Shown: positions 36,801-49,830, numbered from the whole stretch's first letter. The stretch: DNA of 63,240 nucleotides, filler included, from Octopus bimaculoides (GCF_001194135.2; 4 parts of 4 records of this genome joined end to end with filler, not necessarily neighbours in it), one strand, 5' to 3'. Notes: a model not told the origin generated them from the sequence alone. Numbers and translations are program-made.

Positions 36801-37740
36801 TCTGCTGTGGGGTTTGGAGGCTGAGCGGCTGGCACCACATTGAGCCATGCTCTGCTGTGAGGTTTGGATGGTGCTGGTCAAGTCAGCACACTAACTTGTC
36901 TGCAATCATTGGATGGCATCCCATTTCCTCAGAGAGGTCTAGACGTCTACAAGGGTAGAGGATGGACATTAGCAAGGTGCAAGCTGAGCTGCCTCTATGT
37001 CATGTAGGCTACATTGCATTTTACAAACGGTAAAGTTGTGCTGTGAAAAGCCCTGTGAAAGATTAAAATAAATGGGAGTGGGGAGTAATCTATCAAATTT
37101 ATCTGACATCACAATATATCAAAAAATTGTCAGTGAATACATAGGGCACATGAAGTAAAGGTAATCAGGCTTGTCACAGAATCCACAAATGTTAGTACAA
37201 ACTGTCACACTGTGAAGAAGACATGTCCAGTATTTCAGCTGGTACACTTTGTTTATTGCCTTTAATGGAGTTCACACCATGGAGAAGTCTATACCTTAAT
37301 GTGTTGCATTCTAATGCAGAAACGCATGATTGCTGGTTATTGCAGCCTTCCATTCACCAACCTCAAAGGTTCTACAAAAAAGCTGTGTACTGACAGACAT
37401 TAAAAATATGTTTACAAACAATGAGTTTTGACTTTCAGATTACTGAGATTAATTAAAATAACTACCAGTTAAATAATGGGATCAATTGAATCGATAATTT
37501 TAAATTCTACTGATTAATATTTAAAACTGGAACATATTATATTTAAAACTGGAACAACTAGAAATTTCAGTCTCATTTCATTCAAAGGGATTCGATTATA
37601 GTTAATTCTTTCAATACCAGCAAATTACAGTTCAAGCACTTAATTTTATTTTTTCTCTCCTGGTCTGACACAACACCATTTAAATTTGACTTAGGGAAAT
37701 ATTTTAGTTTTCACAAACTTAAAATTAATAATCTTAAAAT

Positions 37741-38005
37741 AGGCGCAAGCATGGCTGTGTGGTAAGAAGCTTGCTTCTAACCACATGGTTCTGAGTTCAG
37801 TCAAACCGCATGGAAACTGAAAGAAGCTTGTCGTATACATATGCATTTGTGTGAGTGTGTTTATGTCCCCATAACTTAGTGGTTTGGCAATAGAATAAGT
37901 ACTAGGCTTACAAAGAATAAGTCCTGGGATCGATTTGTTCGACTAAAGGCAGTGCTCCAGCATGGCCACAGTCAAATGACTGAAACAAGTAAAAGATTAA
38001 GAGAA
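37741..38005 (+). mobile_element. SINE family B with an internal deletion
   Basis: aggcgcaagcatggctgtgtggtaagaagcttgcttc...aagtcctgggatcgatttgttcgactaaaggcagtgctccagcatggcc...tgactgaaacaagtaaaaga. Confidence 0.9.
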
Positions 38006-38460
38006 TCTATAAGAAAAAAATAAAGTATTGAAATTCCCATCACCGAAATTGTCAAAAGAAACTAGTATTGTATAATTTTCTATTATTTCCATGTAAATTC
38101 CTTCACAACATCATACCAACTAAACTCTTTAACAACTTTTTCATTACATCCTTCCTTTATTTGGCTTAAAACTTTACTCTTTCTTTTTCTACAATAAAAC
38201 CCTTTTATTTGTACCTCTAGTCAAGCTTTCTCAACATTTCATTCTCCTTTCACATTATTATTAATACTGCTATTTTCATGAGTTCAAATCATGTTGAGAT
38301 CAGCTTTGCCTTTCATCCCTCCAAGGTTGATAAAAGAAAATGCTTGTTAAGTTCTGGTGTTGATCATAGCAGCTAACTTCATCATGTCAAAATTGCTATT
38401 TTGACATGATGAAATTAGCTGCACCTACATCACAAACATTATCTATCTATCTATCTATCT

Positions 38461-38521
<61 letters not shown>

Positions 38522-38749
38522 CACATGCATCAGTGTGTGTGTGTATGCTTGGTAGAACAAAAGGGGAGAAAGCAGAACTCAATACATGAGTGTTTATAAC
38601 TATTTCTGATCAGCAGAGTTGAAAATGTGACTTGAGGGTTGATAGTTTTCTACACAGCAATTAACAAACTGACATCAAATCTCTGAGTTAATTTCTTATG
38701 TATTTCAAGTGTGTGTAAATGTGCGTGCATGCTCACTTTATCTGCATAT

Positions 38750-39210
38750 TATCTAAACATATAAAACTGAAGATGTGAGTGTGTGTAAACCCTGATAACT
38801 TCCGAAGTTCATAACTGATTTTCTTCAAACTGGGAACATGCATTACTTAAGGTTTTAGACTCTTAAAATTTTTCACATAATTAGTAATGGGGCCTCTGGG
38901 GGCAGAAAACCCCGCTTTCCTGGGTAAACAATATGTTAATTTCTCTACCTCTAATAATAATATATATATATAAAACTGAGGATGTGCGTGTGTGTATGTG
39001 TAAACCTGCAGAATTTCTGAAGTTCGCAACTGATTTTCTCCAAACTGGGAACATACATTACTTATGTTCCAGAGATGGTTTTAAACTCTTAAAATTTTTC
39101 ATATATTGAGTAATGGGACAAATGGGGGCAGAAAATCCCCTTTCCTGGGGTGCATTCGACTGCCTGCATGGTCCACGCATTGCTCCTGTTCAAACTAGAA
39201 AAAAACAGCT
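38750..39210 (+). mobile_element. Two tandem copies of a roughly 200-bp element end, possibly Helitron-derived (Lep1/DINE-like)
   Basis: tataaaactga(a/g)gatgtg.gtgtgtg...actgattttct.caaactgggaacat...gggggcagaaaa.ccc duplicated. The ATATAAAA-then-microsatellite start resembles non-autonomous Helitron 5' ends; no 3' CTAG hairpin seen. Confidence 0.4.
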
Positions 39211-39539
39211 TCTGAAATTATATAAGTAGGGTGTATTAAATGGATGAACCGATGTAGACTTCAAACTATGTTGTCTAAGTTGTAGCAATAATAGCCTGTT
39301 CCCATGGTACCATAGGTAGCAATTTGTTGGAATAAAAACTGTTTGGATCGCACTATGTTGATTATGTAAAATATGCTAAAATATGTGAAATCCTGGGTAA
39401 CTATTCAACTATTTTCTTTTAGCTTCAGTATCAAAGTCTTCCTTTCTAAGCATAGACGAAGCCCATGCAGATATTCTTCTGTTATTGATTACAAACTGAA
39501 ATATGGCATGTACATTAACATACTAATTTATGGTGTCTA

Positions 39540-40310
39540 AGACCCAACTACATTAGTTAGAGATTGTGTTCTTAGTGTGATCGGATGCTGCATGCAGAAC
39601 TGTTTTCGTTTGGGAGCTGAATTGTCCTCACAATGGTCACATGCGAAGGAGTGCATGGCTGAGCCATGACTATTGATTCCCAACCACATCAGCAACCCAA
39701 CATCATGTGACCCAACCATGTTTGTTTACATGAAGAAGTGCACAGTTGAGCCACAACTATTGATTTCAAACCGAAATATCGCATGGCAGTGTTATTTTCC
39801 AGTGCTTCCTTGCCAATCCACTCCCTTACCACATTTCTTTCATGTAGATTTGTCTCATGTGGCACTGTTGAATGCACCCACAGGCTTAATTTATCACAAA
39901 GATGTAGCTCTTGTGTCTGCTGATAAATTCAGCATGGTAGCGGCAGCGCCAACAGTTGCAAAGAAGAGTATATCCACTGAGAGATTTTTGCTGCATTCAA
40001 AAATCACATACCTCTACCCACTTTTCCATGACAAGGTTAGGGCCAGGAATCTTCCAAACTGACACATGACATGTCACTTAGTTGAATGAGCCCTTCATTT
40101 ACTCCACAAATGTTTTGTTGTCAATGTGGCACTTCTCCGTTTCACAAGTTTCAACTTAACTGTACCACACATATAAACTATGCCATTTAAATCCCAAGCA
40201 ATACTGGGTATGTCTGCTAGTCTTTTGTAAAGGCCACTCTGTATATCGGGTGGATTACTAGAGAAAACCGAACTTTCACTCCAACATGTAAGAAAGAGTA
40301 AGTTCAAAAC
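39540..40310 (-). mobile_element. Probable very old LINE (RTE-like) 3' remnant
   Basis: GC-richer stretch with HSFACDHC, a zinc-finger-like end similar to 42456-42700, but the alignment is weak. Confidence 0.3.
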
Positions 40311-40409
40311 TGTTGATCCTTTAGTCAGTCATAGTCTCCTGCAAACAGAATTTTTTGTTTTTAATGCACATTATATACATCCAAAAGAAGAAGGATCCAT
40401 CCCAAGCCA

Positions 40410-40630
40410 TAGCTCCTAAAGGCAGTTTCCCAGATTTATTGGCATATGTACCCTACCATTCCGGACTGGACACTAGTCCATCGCAGGACTGCTCATTTTT
40501 TGTCAGCTGAGTAGACTGGAGCAACGTAACATGAAGTGTTTTTTGCTCAAGAGAACAAAGCATTGTCCAGTTTAGGAATCGAACAACAATCTTCAAAACA
40601 TGAGTGCAACACCCTCATCACTAAACCAAG
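40410..40630 (-). mobile_element. SINE family A copy
   Basis: cagctgagtagactggagcaacgtaacatgaagtgttttttgctcaagagaac...ggaatcgaac...gagtgcaacaccctcatcactaaacc. Confidence 0.8.
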
Positions 40631-40859
40631 CACCACCATAATACATACATGCACAATAATATATACAAGCATATATGTATATAAATATACACCATGATAC
40701 ATGCATGTAGATAATGGACAGAAGTAGGTATATACAGATATATTTACATGAATATTCAGTTTATGCCCTACCTATGAAAACAGAAACACCCAGCCTACTA
40801 GGTGTAAAAAAAATGTGTAGAAAACGAATATGAAAACAAAAATTTGTGCAAATAAACGG

Positions 40860-41250
40860 GGAGGAGTGGGGAGAAGACTTTCGGAAAATTCACAAGATCT
40901 GATTTTTCCCTCATAATTTTCAGGAAAATGGACATATATTGATGAAATTTTATAGACATGCTGTTCAAATGGCATAAATTACGATTATAAAGAAATTTCT
41001 AGGGAAAATGTTTTCTGAAGGGGTGGGGAGAGGATTTCGGAAAATTCAGACGATCCATTTTTTTTCCTTATAACTTTCAGGAAAATGGATATCTTTTAAT
41101 GAAATTTTACAGAAACACCTTTCAAACAGCATAGATTACGATTATAAAGAAATTTGTGGGGAAAATGTTTTCTGAAGGGGTGGAGAGAGAATTATTGGAA
41201 AGTCCACACAATCTGTCTTTTTTTTTTTATCCCTCATAACTTTCAGGATC
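40860..41250. repeat. Tandem repeat, unit about 156-157 bp, about 2.5 copies
   Basis: gaaggggtgg at 41017 and 41174; tcggaaaatt at 40881 and 41037; shared cataa.tttcaggaaaatgga and ttacgattataaagaaattt. Confidence 0.9.
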
Positions 41251-41317
41251 TAGTTTAGCGCCTGGTCACCAGAACGAAAACAAAACCCAGACCATTAGGT
41301 GTACAGAAACGTGTAGA

Positions 41318-41417
41318 NNNNNNNNNNNNNNNNNNNNNNNNNNNNNNNNNNNNNNNNNNNNTTAATTAATTAANNNNNNNNNNNNNNNNNNNNNNNNNNN
41401 NNNNNNNNNNNNNNNNN
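41318..41417. other. Artificial scaffold spacer N44-TTAATTAATTAA-N44
   Basis: Identical to 21732-21831. Confidence 0.97.
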
Positions 41418-41424
41418 GGCAAAC

Positions 41425-41536
41425 AGGACACAGTCGTGTGTCGATAAGCCAGCTGGAGGAGATGTCCTCCTGGGGCTAAAAGCAACAGTAACATCCACCC
41501 CTAGGGGTCAGCCACACTTAAGTGGCAATATACTAC

Positions 41537-41571
<35 letters not shown>

Positions 41572-41620
41572 GTTATCGCCAAGCCAACATGGCAGTCCCA
41601 AAATTAGGACGAAAGCTATA
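41425..41620. mobile_element. Family F pieces in opposite orientations separated by (TA)n
   Basis: Plus-strand gccagctggaggagatgtcctcctggggctaaa, then the reverse complement of gtcctaa....gggactgccatgtt..ttggcgataa, which is the 3' part of the 19085-19200 copy. Confidence 0.6.
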
Positions 41621-42064
41621 TATAAACGTATTTGCATACTTCTTTTTACAATATCTTCACGTAGAAATCCATTATTTATTTTTGCAAATTTTTCCAAGTT
41701 TTGGATTTTAATTTGTACATCACTGAGTAATTAAAACTAATCATTGTTTAGTGTGACGCTACATACAAGTGTTGTTTTCGTTAATACATGCTGTCCATCT
41801 ATCTTGATTGCTAGACATATGCAAATTACGATGACTAATTACTTAGCTTCCCAGTGGAATGTCCCAATGATTTTCAATTACGTGGGAAAATTAAAGCTGC
41901 TAACGAAAATTGTCGCTTTAATATCCATGGTTTCACCTGTCTGTTTCTCTGCGTGTTGACTGTTGTCTGTTTGTCTGGCTGTCTGTCTCACTCTCTCTTT
42001 CTGTTTCTTTCTATCTCTCTCTTTATTTATCTATCTTCGTACATAAACATCTCTATTATAATGG

Positions 42065-42110
<46 letters not shown>

Positions 42111-42455
42111 ATATATAAGGCGCAGGCATGGTTGTGTGGTAAAAAATTTGATTCTCAACCACGTGATTCCGTGATCAGTGGCAATGCGTGGCATCTCAGT
42201 AAAATGTCATCCACTATAGCCTAGGGCCATGTATGTGTGTGTATATCTCATAGATAGCGGACGTGTGTCTGTGTTGATTAACCCACTAGGGCATTCACTA
42301 TCTGTATGTGTTTTCGTCATGTGTGTATGTGTGTTGACATCACGGAAGACGTTTTTTTTTCTATCTATTTCCCGAGCGTTAAACTAATAGATCGCTTTGT
42401 TTTCTACACCACACGTCTTCGTAATTTTTTTTTTGTGAATTTTGTTTACTTGCTT

Positions 42456-42700
42456 TCATTTATAAATAGAGGTCCAAATGTCACAAAAACTGCAGATGAA
42501 ACTTCCCTCATTCACGACATTAGCGGTAAGTTTTTGAGCAGCTCGCTTACGTTCCGCATGCGAAGCGTATGTTTCTTCAAAGACAGCGATTCCCTGCTTT
42601 ACTCGTTTTCTCCATTGTTCGTGATGACATGAATTGCTGCCCCACTTGACCTCCCATATCTCGCATATTTTCAGCATATTCGAGAAAAAGTCAAAATTTA
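42456..42700 (-). mobile_element. RTE LINE C-terminal fragment
   Basis: QWRKRVKQGIAVFEETYASHAERKRAAQKLTANVVNEGSFICSFCD, the typical WR..V..G...FE....KRA.RK...F.C..C end of RTE ORFs. Confidence 0.75.
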
Positions 42701-42779
42701 TCCTCACTTTCGCCATCACATGCTTATTGTCACACTGCCTTCTCGACACTCGTCACTTATAGTTGGTACTGTTGTTAAC

Positions 42780-43330
42780 TCGAGTGATCGAAGTTTGTGT
42801 CTCAACTCGCCTTTTTTATTTCTGGTTTTACAGCGTAAGCATGGCCGCTCCACTAGCAATGTTTACCAAAGAGCAGTGTTCTGATTTCTCTGGAGCAGTG
42901 GTGTGCAATCAAAGGTGCAACATACAGCAATTCGCACCAAAGGCCGAAGCGTATTGTTGAAGAAACTTTTGTTGCTGAGTGACAATGCATGGCCACACAC
43001 GGCCGCCCAAATCTTTGAAACCATTAACCAAGGGGGTTTTGAAGTGCTGGAATACTCTGCCTATAGCCCAGACCTCACGCCTTGCGACTATCGTATCTTT
43101 GGACCGCTCAAAAATGGTTTACAGTGTCGTCGATTGCCTACGGATGAGATGTGAAAGAAACATACATGGTTGCACGACCAACCACATATCTTCTTATTGG
43201 AAAGGAAGACGCAAGTTTGCGGACCGCTGGACCAAATGCATCGAAAAGAAATGAGACTATATAGAAAAATGACGTACTTGTTTATTCTCTGTTTTAGAGT
43301 AAATAAATTGAAAGACAAGAGTGCGTATAA
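42780..43330 (+). mobile_element. Internally deleted mariner (DD34D)
   Basis: MAAPLAMFTKEQ start fused to LLLSDNAWPHTAA...YSPDLTPCDYRIFGPLK...RKFADRWTKCIEK; 34 residues lie between DNA and CD. Confidence 0.88.
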
Positions 43331-43628
43331 TTTTATGAGTGCGTATATACATATGTGCGTGTATATATATATATATCTATGTGTGTATGTGTATGTGTGT
43401 CTCTGTGTGTATGTGTATGTGTGTCTCTGTGTGTATGTGTATATGTGTCTCTGTGTGTGTGTTTGTATGTACATATATACAAGCATACTTACACATTCTT
43501 GTGTAGCATGATATAGAAAGCTAAATGCATCAAGTTATCCGTTTAACATCCAGTGAGTTCATTATGTTCATTGTACAAGAAGCAAAAGATTAGATAAATT
43601 TAGAATAACTCTTTCCCTTTCCCTCTCC

Positions 43629-43684
<56 letters not shown>

Positions 43685-45552
43685 GTGGTGAAATAGCGGG
43701 TGAAAGGCTGAAAGAAAGAGAACGACAGAGATAGAAAGGGCAAGAGATTGAAGGATTGAGCGATGGCTATTAAATTCTAACTTCATCTTTTACTAGAATA
43801 ACGTTTGATTTGGAGCCTTACGACGTTATTTTTTGTTAATTTAAGATTTTAATGGAGTTTGCATTTATTCTTATTGGTCTGTTTTAATTAATTATCAATG
43901 ATGAAAGACTGCTACTTTATCGATCTTCTTTTCTTGATTATATTTCTTCTGCAAAAAATACTGGAACCACAATTTCTAATTAATAACCGTTAATATTCTC
44001 GTATATACCACGGGAATCCATGGAGCCTGTTTCGGATCTTAGTTTTTAGAAGGTTCTTTTGATAAGAGCTAATTCCATTCTTATGCAGAACGTTTGTAGT
44101 GCATAATATTAACTTGAAAAAAATGAAGCATTTAATAATGTAGTCCTAAAGACTCAATGTCCATGAAGAATATCGAATGTTCGCATTTGCTGCGGGGCTG
44201 CTGCTAACTAAATGTAATAAACGTATGTATTTCATTTTACACACATACACACACACAAGCGCGTGGGCGAGCACATATGTATTCGAAGAAGACAGTTTAT
44301 TTCACATTGCTCCAGTTAAGTCAATTATAGAAATGTGTTGCGACGTCACTGAGTGCCAAGCTGTATCGGCTTTTGCCTTTCCCTTGGACAATATCGGTAG
44401 CGGACAAAAAGGACACTGGTATACACGGTCCACTACAGGTCTTCCATAAGACAACCTTGCCCGGATTTGTGCCTCGGAGCTGAACTCTCTAGGTACAATC
44501 CCATGGTCATTCATGACAGAAAAGTGTCTTTAGGCTATATATATATATATATATATATATAAATATATATATATATGTATATATATATATAGCGAGGGTA
44601 TAAAGGTATTGGTATCTGGAAGACACAAAGTTTCAGGTAACGCTAAGTGCTATGGATAGACTGTAGTTAAACGCTTGGTTCTATAGTGATACGATCTCGG
44701 CAGAATCTGAGTTATAAATCAGTCACGAGCAAGAATACTAATAAACGTACTTTTCAACCATGGCCATCTCATTTGTTATTCAGATATAGTGTGTAGAGAG
44801 GGCTGCATTATCCAAAGCGTTCTTTGTTCAAAACAAAACGCTGTGACTGAAAGAAGATTTAACGTAATTTCTGCAGACAAAAGCATTGACATCTGTTATT
44901 TAACCGTAAGTCAGATTTGGTCTAGCAAACAAACAATTCCAATCGTTCCGACAAAAAAGACAAACCAAAAAACAGTTGGGTCCTGCTTTTTCTATTCTAA
45001 CAAGTGGTCAATTTGAGGCATTTCCTCTAACTGTTCATTCTGAAAAATAGCGTAAACGACCGGGAGAAAAATGCTGCTAAACATTTTGTCCGGCGTATTA
45101 ACGATTCTGATTTTATATTGATAATAACAATCAAACGATTAGTGATTGCTCCTCTTGTCGTCTGGGGACGAGAGAACTGTACTAATTCCACTTAAAAACC
45201 ACTGACACACCATTTAAATACGTGCATGCCACGGAAAAGGCAATCACAGAAGAACTAGATGTGCTTTCGAATTATCTTTCCATTAGTACTAATGAAAGAT
45301 AATTAAAACGACACTTAATCAGCACTCAAATGTCATGAAAATGTTGCCCATTTGTCACTTCACTACCATTCAAAGAATACTTATTCCATACTTTAGCATT
45401 GACGTTGTATTAAATAAATATGCCTAATACCGTCTAATCAACATCTAACTTCAATCTTACACAAAGCCTGCTCAAAATACACTTACATAGTTTCAGTCGT
45501 TCTAAAATAAGTGTAAACTGCCGCTCAAATGCCATTCAAATAACGTGTTAAT

Positions 45553-45637
45553 TTGGGCAAATTCCTTCTACTAAAGCGCCGAACTGACCAAAGCCTTGTG
45601 AGTGGATAGAGTAGAGGGAAACTGAAAAAATCCTGTC

Positions 45638-45678
<41 letters not shown>

Positions 45679-45915
45679 TGTGTGTTTGTGTGTGTGTGTA
45701 TTTATGTGTCTGTGCCTTTGTGTCTATGTTTGTCCTCCAATCACCACTTGACAACCACTGGCGGTGTGTTAACGTCCTCGTAACATATCGGTTCAGCAAA
45801 ACGCATAGATAGAATTAGTAACAGGCCTATAAAATAAGTACCGGGGGTCTGTTCATTCGACTAAAAGAAAAAGAAAATTCGAGGCGATGCCCCAACGACT
45901 GTAACAAGTAAAAGG
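45553..45915 (+). mobile_element. SINE family B, 5'-truncated, with internal (TA)n/(TG)n
   Basis: ttgggcaaattccttctact...accaaagccttgtgagtgga...cttgacaacc...gtaacatatcggttcagcaaaa...ttcgactaaaag. Confidence 0.75.
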
Positions 45916-46810
45916 TACAAGATAATTAATAATAAAAATTAGTAATACATATAATTATATTTCTCGACTCAGCCTGACTCCACACTGAATTTGGAATGTA
46001 GGTGCACAGGGTTTTAGATATATTATGGATCCCCAATTACGGCTTACACGCTTCATTACTTGCTTGAAGATCCTGTGTTCCCACAGGCGAAATTGAGATT
46101 TGCAACACACTGGCTCAACCTAAATAACACACAGGTACACACACAAACATACACACACACACGCACTCACACACGTAAATACTCTTATACAAATTGGCAC
46201 ACACATACACACACGCATCAGCATAATGGCCTAAGTTTTGTGACTTAAAGAAGGCAATAAAAAGGAATAAATTTCTGTTAACTTTGCTAACAGTAAAAGT
46301 TAGCCAAAAGTTTGTTCACCTAGAAAATACAACGAATTTTATTCCTCAATGGCTTCCATAAAAATATTTAGCCTAAAGACTTCAATATTCATGCGCAGAC
46401 AAACTGTCTTCTGATATGAAACTTAAATCTGCTGCAGAGTCATGTTGATATAAACAAACAAGCAAGTATGTATGTATTTGAGCAAGTTATAAACTCCGTC
46501 AAATAGTTTAAGCAATACCATATGAAAGAATGTTGAGAAAGCCACGTAAATGTTTCTCTTCAGGCATAAGAAAGCCATGTCTTTATGATGTGCATCATGT
46601 ATAACTATATTAATGTCATCGTCTCGTAATAGATATATAAAAACCTAAAAATACATACACACATAACTTACATGTACACATATTTACAAATACACATACA
46701 TGCAGGTATATACATATATACATATAAACATATATACGTATGCATGCATGTATGTATGTAAATATATATATATGTGTTTGTGTGTGTCTATATATATAAA
46801 TATATATGTA

Positions 46811-46853
<43 letters not shown>

Positions 46854-46998
46854 ATTTTTTTCCAGAGGATGTAGCAACCGTTACCAATATAGCATAAGAA
46901 CTTACCTTAGGAGATCATTAATTAGATTCCTTAAGGGTCGTTCTCACAGTTTATATTTATATCATAAGATTTGTATATATATATATATATATATATAT

Positions 46999-47200
46999 GA
47001 ATATGATTGACCGTTGACTGAACACTATTCAATTTTTTTTTTCTCCGTGTTTTTCTCCTTGTCTCCGTATTCTTTCTGTTGAAGAGCGTAGCTCGAAACG
47101 TCAAAGACTTTCCGTATTCCCGAGCGTCATACTAATATATACTTTTGTTATTTACACCACCTGTCCTCGTCTGTTGTTATTATTTGTATATTCTCCCATA
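46999..47200 (+). mobile_element. Family E copy, apparently complete, embedded in (TA)n
   Basis: tgactgaacac...ctccgtattctttctgttgaagagcgtagctcgaaacgtcaaagactttccgtattcccgagcgtc...ctccc, with TA runs on both sides; CpGs intact. Confidence 0.8.
47071..47107 (+). ncRNA. Minimal type I hammerhead-like motif, A6U core variant
   Basis: UCUUU-CUGUUGA-A-GAGC(GUA)GCUC-GAAA-CG-UC-AAAGA: 5-bp stem I, 4-bp stem II, ACGU palindrome, GUC triplet. Confidence 0.58.
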
Positions 47201-47721
47201 TATATATGAATATATTTATATATATCTATACACCCCCCCCCCCACGCACACATGTATATTATGTTAAATATATCCTGATGAATGTGAAACAAATGTGTCT
47301 GTAGACTGAATGGCTATTACATGACGCATTCTCCAAAGTCCAACAGAGATCCTCCTGACACATTAATTATAAATACATAGTAAATATGACTGCGAAATAC
47401 GAAACGCAATGATATGCATCATAATAGAATAAAGTAGAATAAGTTATATCGGAAGTAAATAACTAGTATTTGTATATACAAGTCAATAACTGTTGGGCGT
47501 CGTCGATATAGCTCAATAGCTGATATATAATTTTAGATGCCGATAATAGCTTAATGCGTCCAAGAAGTCTGAAAAAGGCACGTTAGAGAATATACTTTTT
47601 TCTATATATAGAAAATCATTGTAAGCACATTCTGTGTGTATATGTATTTTTTGTGTGTACTTTTGTGTTTTGTATGTGTGTGTATACATACATACACATA
47701 CAAAATATACATATATGATAT

Positions 47722-47758
<37 letters not shown>

Positions 47759-48066
47759 NNNNNNNNNNNNNNNNNNNNNNNNNNNNNNNNNNNNNNNNNN
47801 NNNNNNNNNNNNNNNNNNNNNNNNNNNNNNNNNNNNNNNNNNNNNNATGTATTTGGAATTATAACATTATATCAATATAATGAACATTGTATTGGTCGTA
47901 TTTCAGATGCCCGTACAACGAACTACCTGAAAAACAAGAGAAGATTTTTAAAATGCTGATATCAGACATTAATGCTGACTTTGTCGTAAAGAATTTTAAA
48001 TCTCCTGCTGATTGCTTGCGACAGATGTGGCTATGAATATATATTATATATGTGTCTGTGTACTGT

Positions 48067-48360
48067 GGAGGCGCAATGGCCCAGTGGTTAGGGCAGCGGA
48101 CTCGCGGTCATAGGATCGCGGTTTCGATTCCCAGACCGGGCGTTGTGAGTGTTTATTGAGCGAAAACACCTAAAACTCCACGAGGCTCCGGCACGAGATG
48201 GTGGTGAACCCTGCTGTACTCTTTCACCACAGCTTTCTCTCAATCTTACTTCCTGTTTCTGTTGTGCCTGTAGTTCAAAGGGTCAGCCTTGTGACGCTGA
48301 ATATCCCCGAGAACTACGTTAAGGGTACACGTTCCTGCGGAGTGCGACGGAGTGCTAACA
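48067..48360 (+). mobile_element. Young tRNA-derived SINE (family A-related head)
   Basis: A box tggcccagtgg, D-stem gccc/gggc, B box ggtttcgattcc; highly similar to 59949-60254 (-). Confidence 0.9.
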
Positions 48361-49599
48361 ACAACGTCTTTGTCTGTGTGTGTGTGTGAGTATATATATA
48401 TACTAGATTTAAATATTGGATTTAAGTATTAACAAAATTGAAAAGAGACAGACCGAATAATATAAAGATACGTTAGAAGAATATGTAGATTTACTTATAA
48501 CATGAGAATCTTAACTCTTTTTATTTTACAAAATATCTTTTTCGCCCAGGTGATTTATAATTACTTAGAAGAAATATATTCGGGTGATGGCAAGCCATCT
48601 GAAAACACTGATTTTCAGTTTATCGCATTATATACTTACGTTACGAGAGTAAATTTCTCTAGGTAAAATTCAAAGGTAATTCTAGATTAATTCTCCTTTG
48701 TTTAAGTACGGTTAATATCGGATCAGTTTATCTTAAGAACCATACAATATATTTTATGTTTCTGATACCAGATATATCGGAACTTTGAAGGCATTTTACA
48801 TTTTTCTGTGCGACTAAACGGGTAGGTATATCTGAAATGCTTATGTTTAAGAGAATGTTTTGGACGATAGAACTACACTTTGCTAAGCTTTTGCTAAGCT
48901 GTAACGTTTAATGGCTTTGCAAGTAAAAAGGAGTTGATCTCTTCCTATGAATATACTCGCAAGGTTTCTTTTATATTTGATAGGAATGGAACAACTGAAT
49001 TGCATAAGATCTAGATATTCATGTATTCATTTTAGAATAAGTAACTAAAAGACGTATTCTTCGCATAGCCATAGGAAAAAAGTACGTCCAAACAACACCA
49101 AATTCTGAAACACTTTTTTTTTACTTCATGTTAGAGCATGATTGTTACATCTCCATCAATAATATACATATACATATATACATGTATACGTATGTACGCA
49201 AACATATAAACACGCACAATATATACACATACACACGCACAATATCTGTATGCATATATATATATACATATATTTATATAATTTTATATTCAAGACATTA
49301 TAAAAACGAATGGAGAATTATACATCTCTAAATCCTATCCATTACAGTATTCACGGTAGATTTTTCAATATTTCATGTATTTCTGCTGCAGAAATATCCT
49401 AACACCACTTGAGGTAGCACTTATATGCATTCAGTTGTTACAGTTGCAGTATATATTCAACCTGAGTAGCATTATTCATGCAGCTTTATTCAAGGTTGCA
49501 TTCATACGGGTGGATAAATTAAAATGAGGAACTGATAGTTTGCCAGCCTTTCTCAAAGTATAATCTTGTTTGGGAGACTTAAAATCTTAATGTATTAAT

Positions 49600-49830
49600 T
49601 TCTTTATTGCCCACAGGGAGCTAAATATAGAGGGGACAAACAAGGACAGACAAAGGGATTAAGTCGATTGCATCTACCCCAGTACGCAACTGGTACTTAA
49701 TTTATCGTCCCCTAAAGGATGAGAGGCAAATATGACCTTAGCATGATTTGAACTCAGAATGTAACGGCAGTCGAAATACCACTAAGCATTCCGCCCCGCG
49801 TGCTAACGTTTCTGCCAGCTCACCGCCATA
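49600..49830 (-). mobile_element. SINE family C copy
   Basis: aagtcgattgcatctaccccagtacgcaactggtacttaatttatcg...atttgaactcagaatgtaa...ctaagcattccgccccgcgtgctaacgtttctgccagctcacc. Confidence 0.85.

Noticed and set aside
26151-41317. COMMD3-BMI1 read-through arrangement as in vertebrates
   Set aside because: No COMMD3-like peptide recognised upstream; only a database search could exclude small exons.
47275-47295. CTGATGA-ATGT-GAAAC motif
   Set aside because: Stem II is too short and there is no UH triplet or stem I pairing.
48067-48140. SINE heads (also at 55716 and 60180) as tRNA genes
   Set aside because: T-stem and acceptor stem do not pair, and the heads continue into multi-copy SINE bodies.
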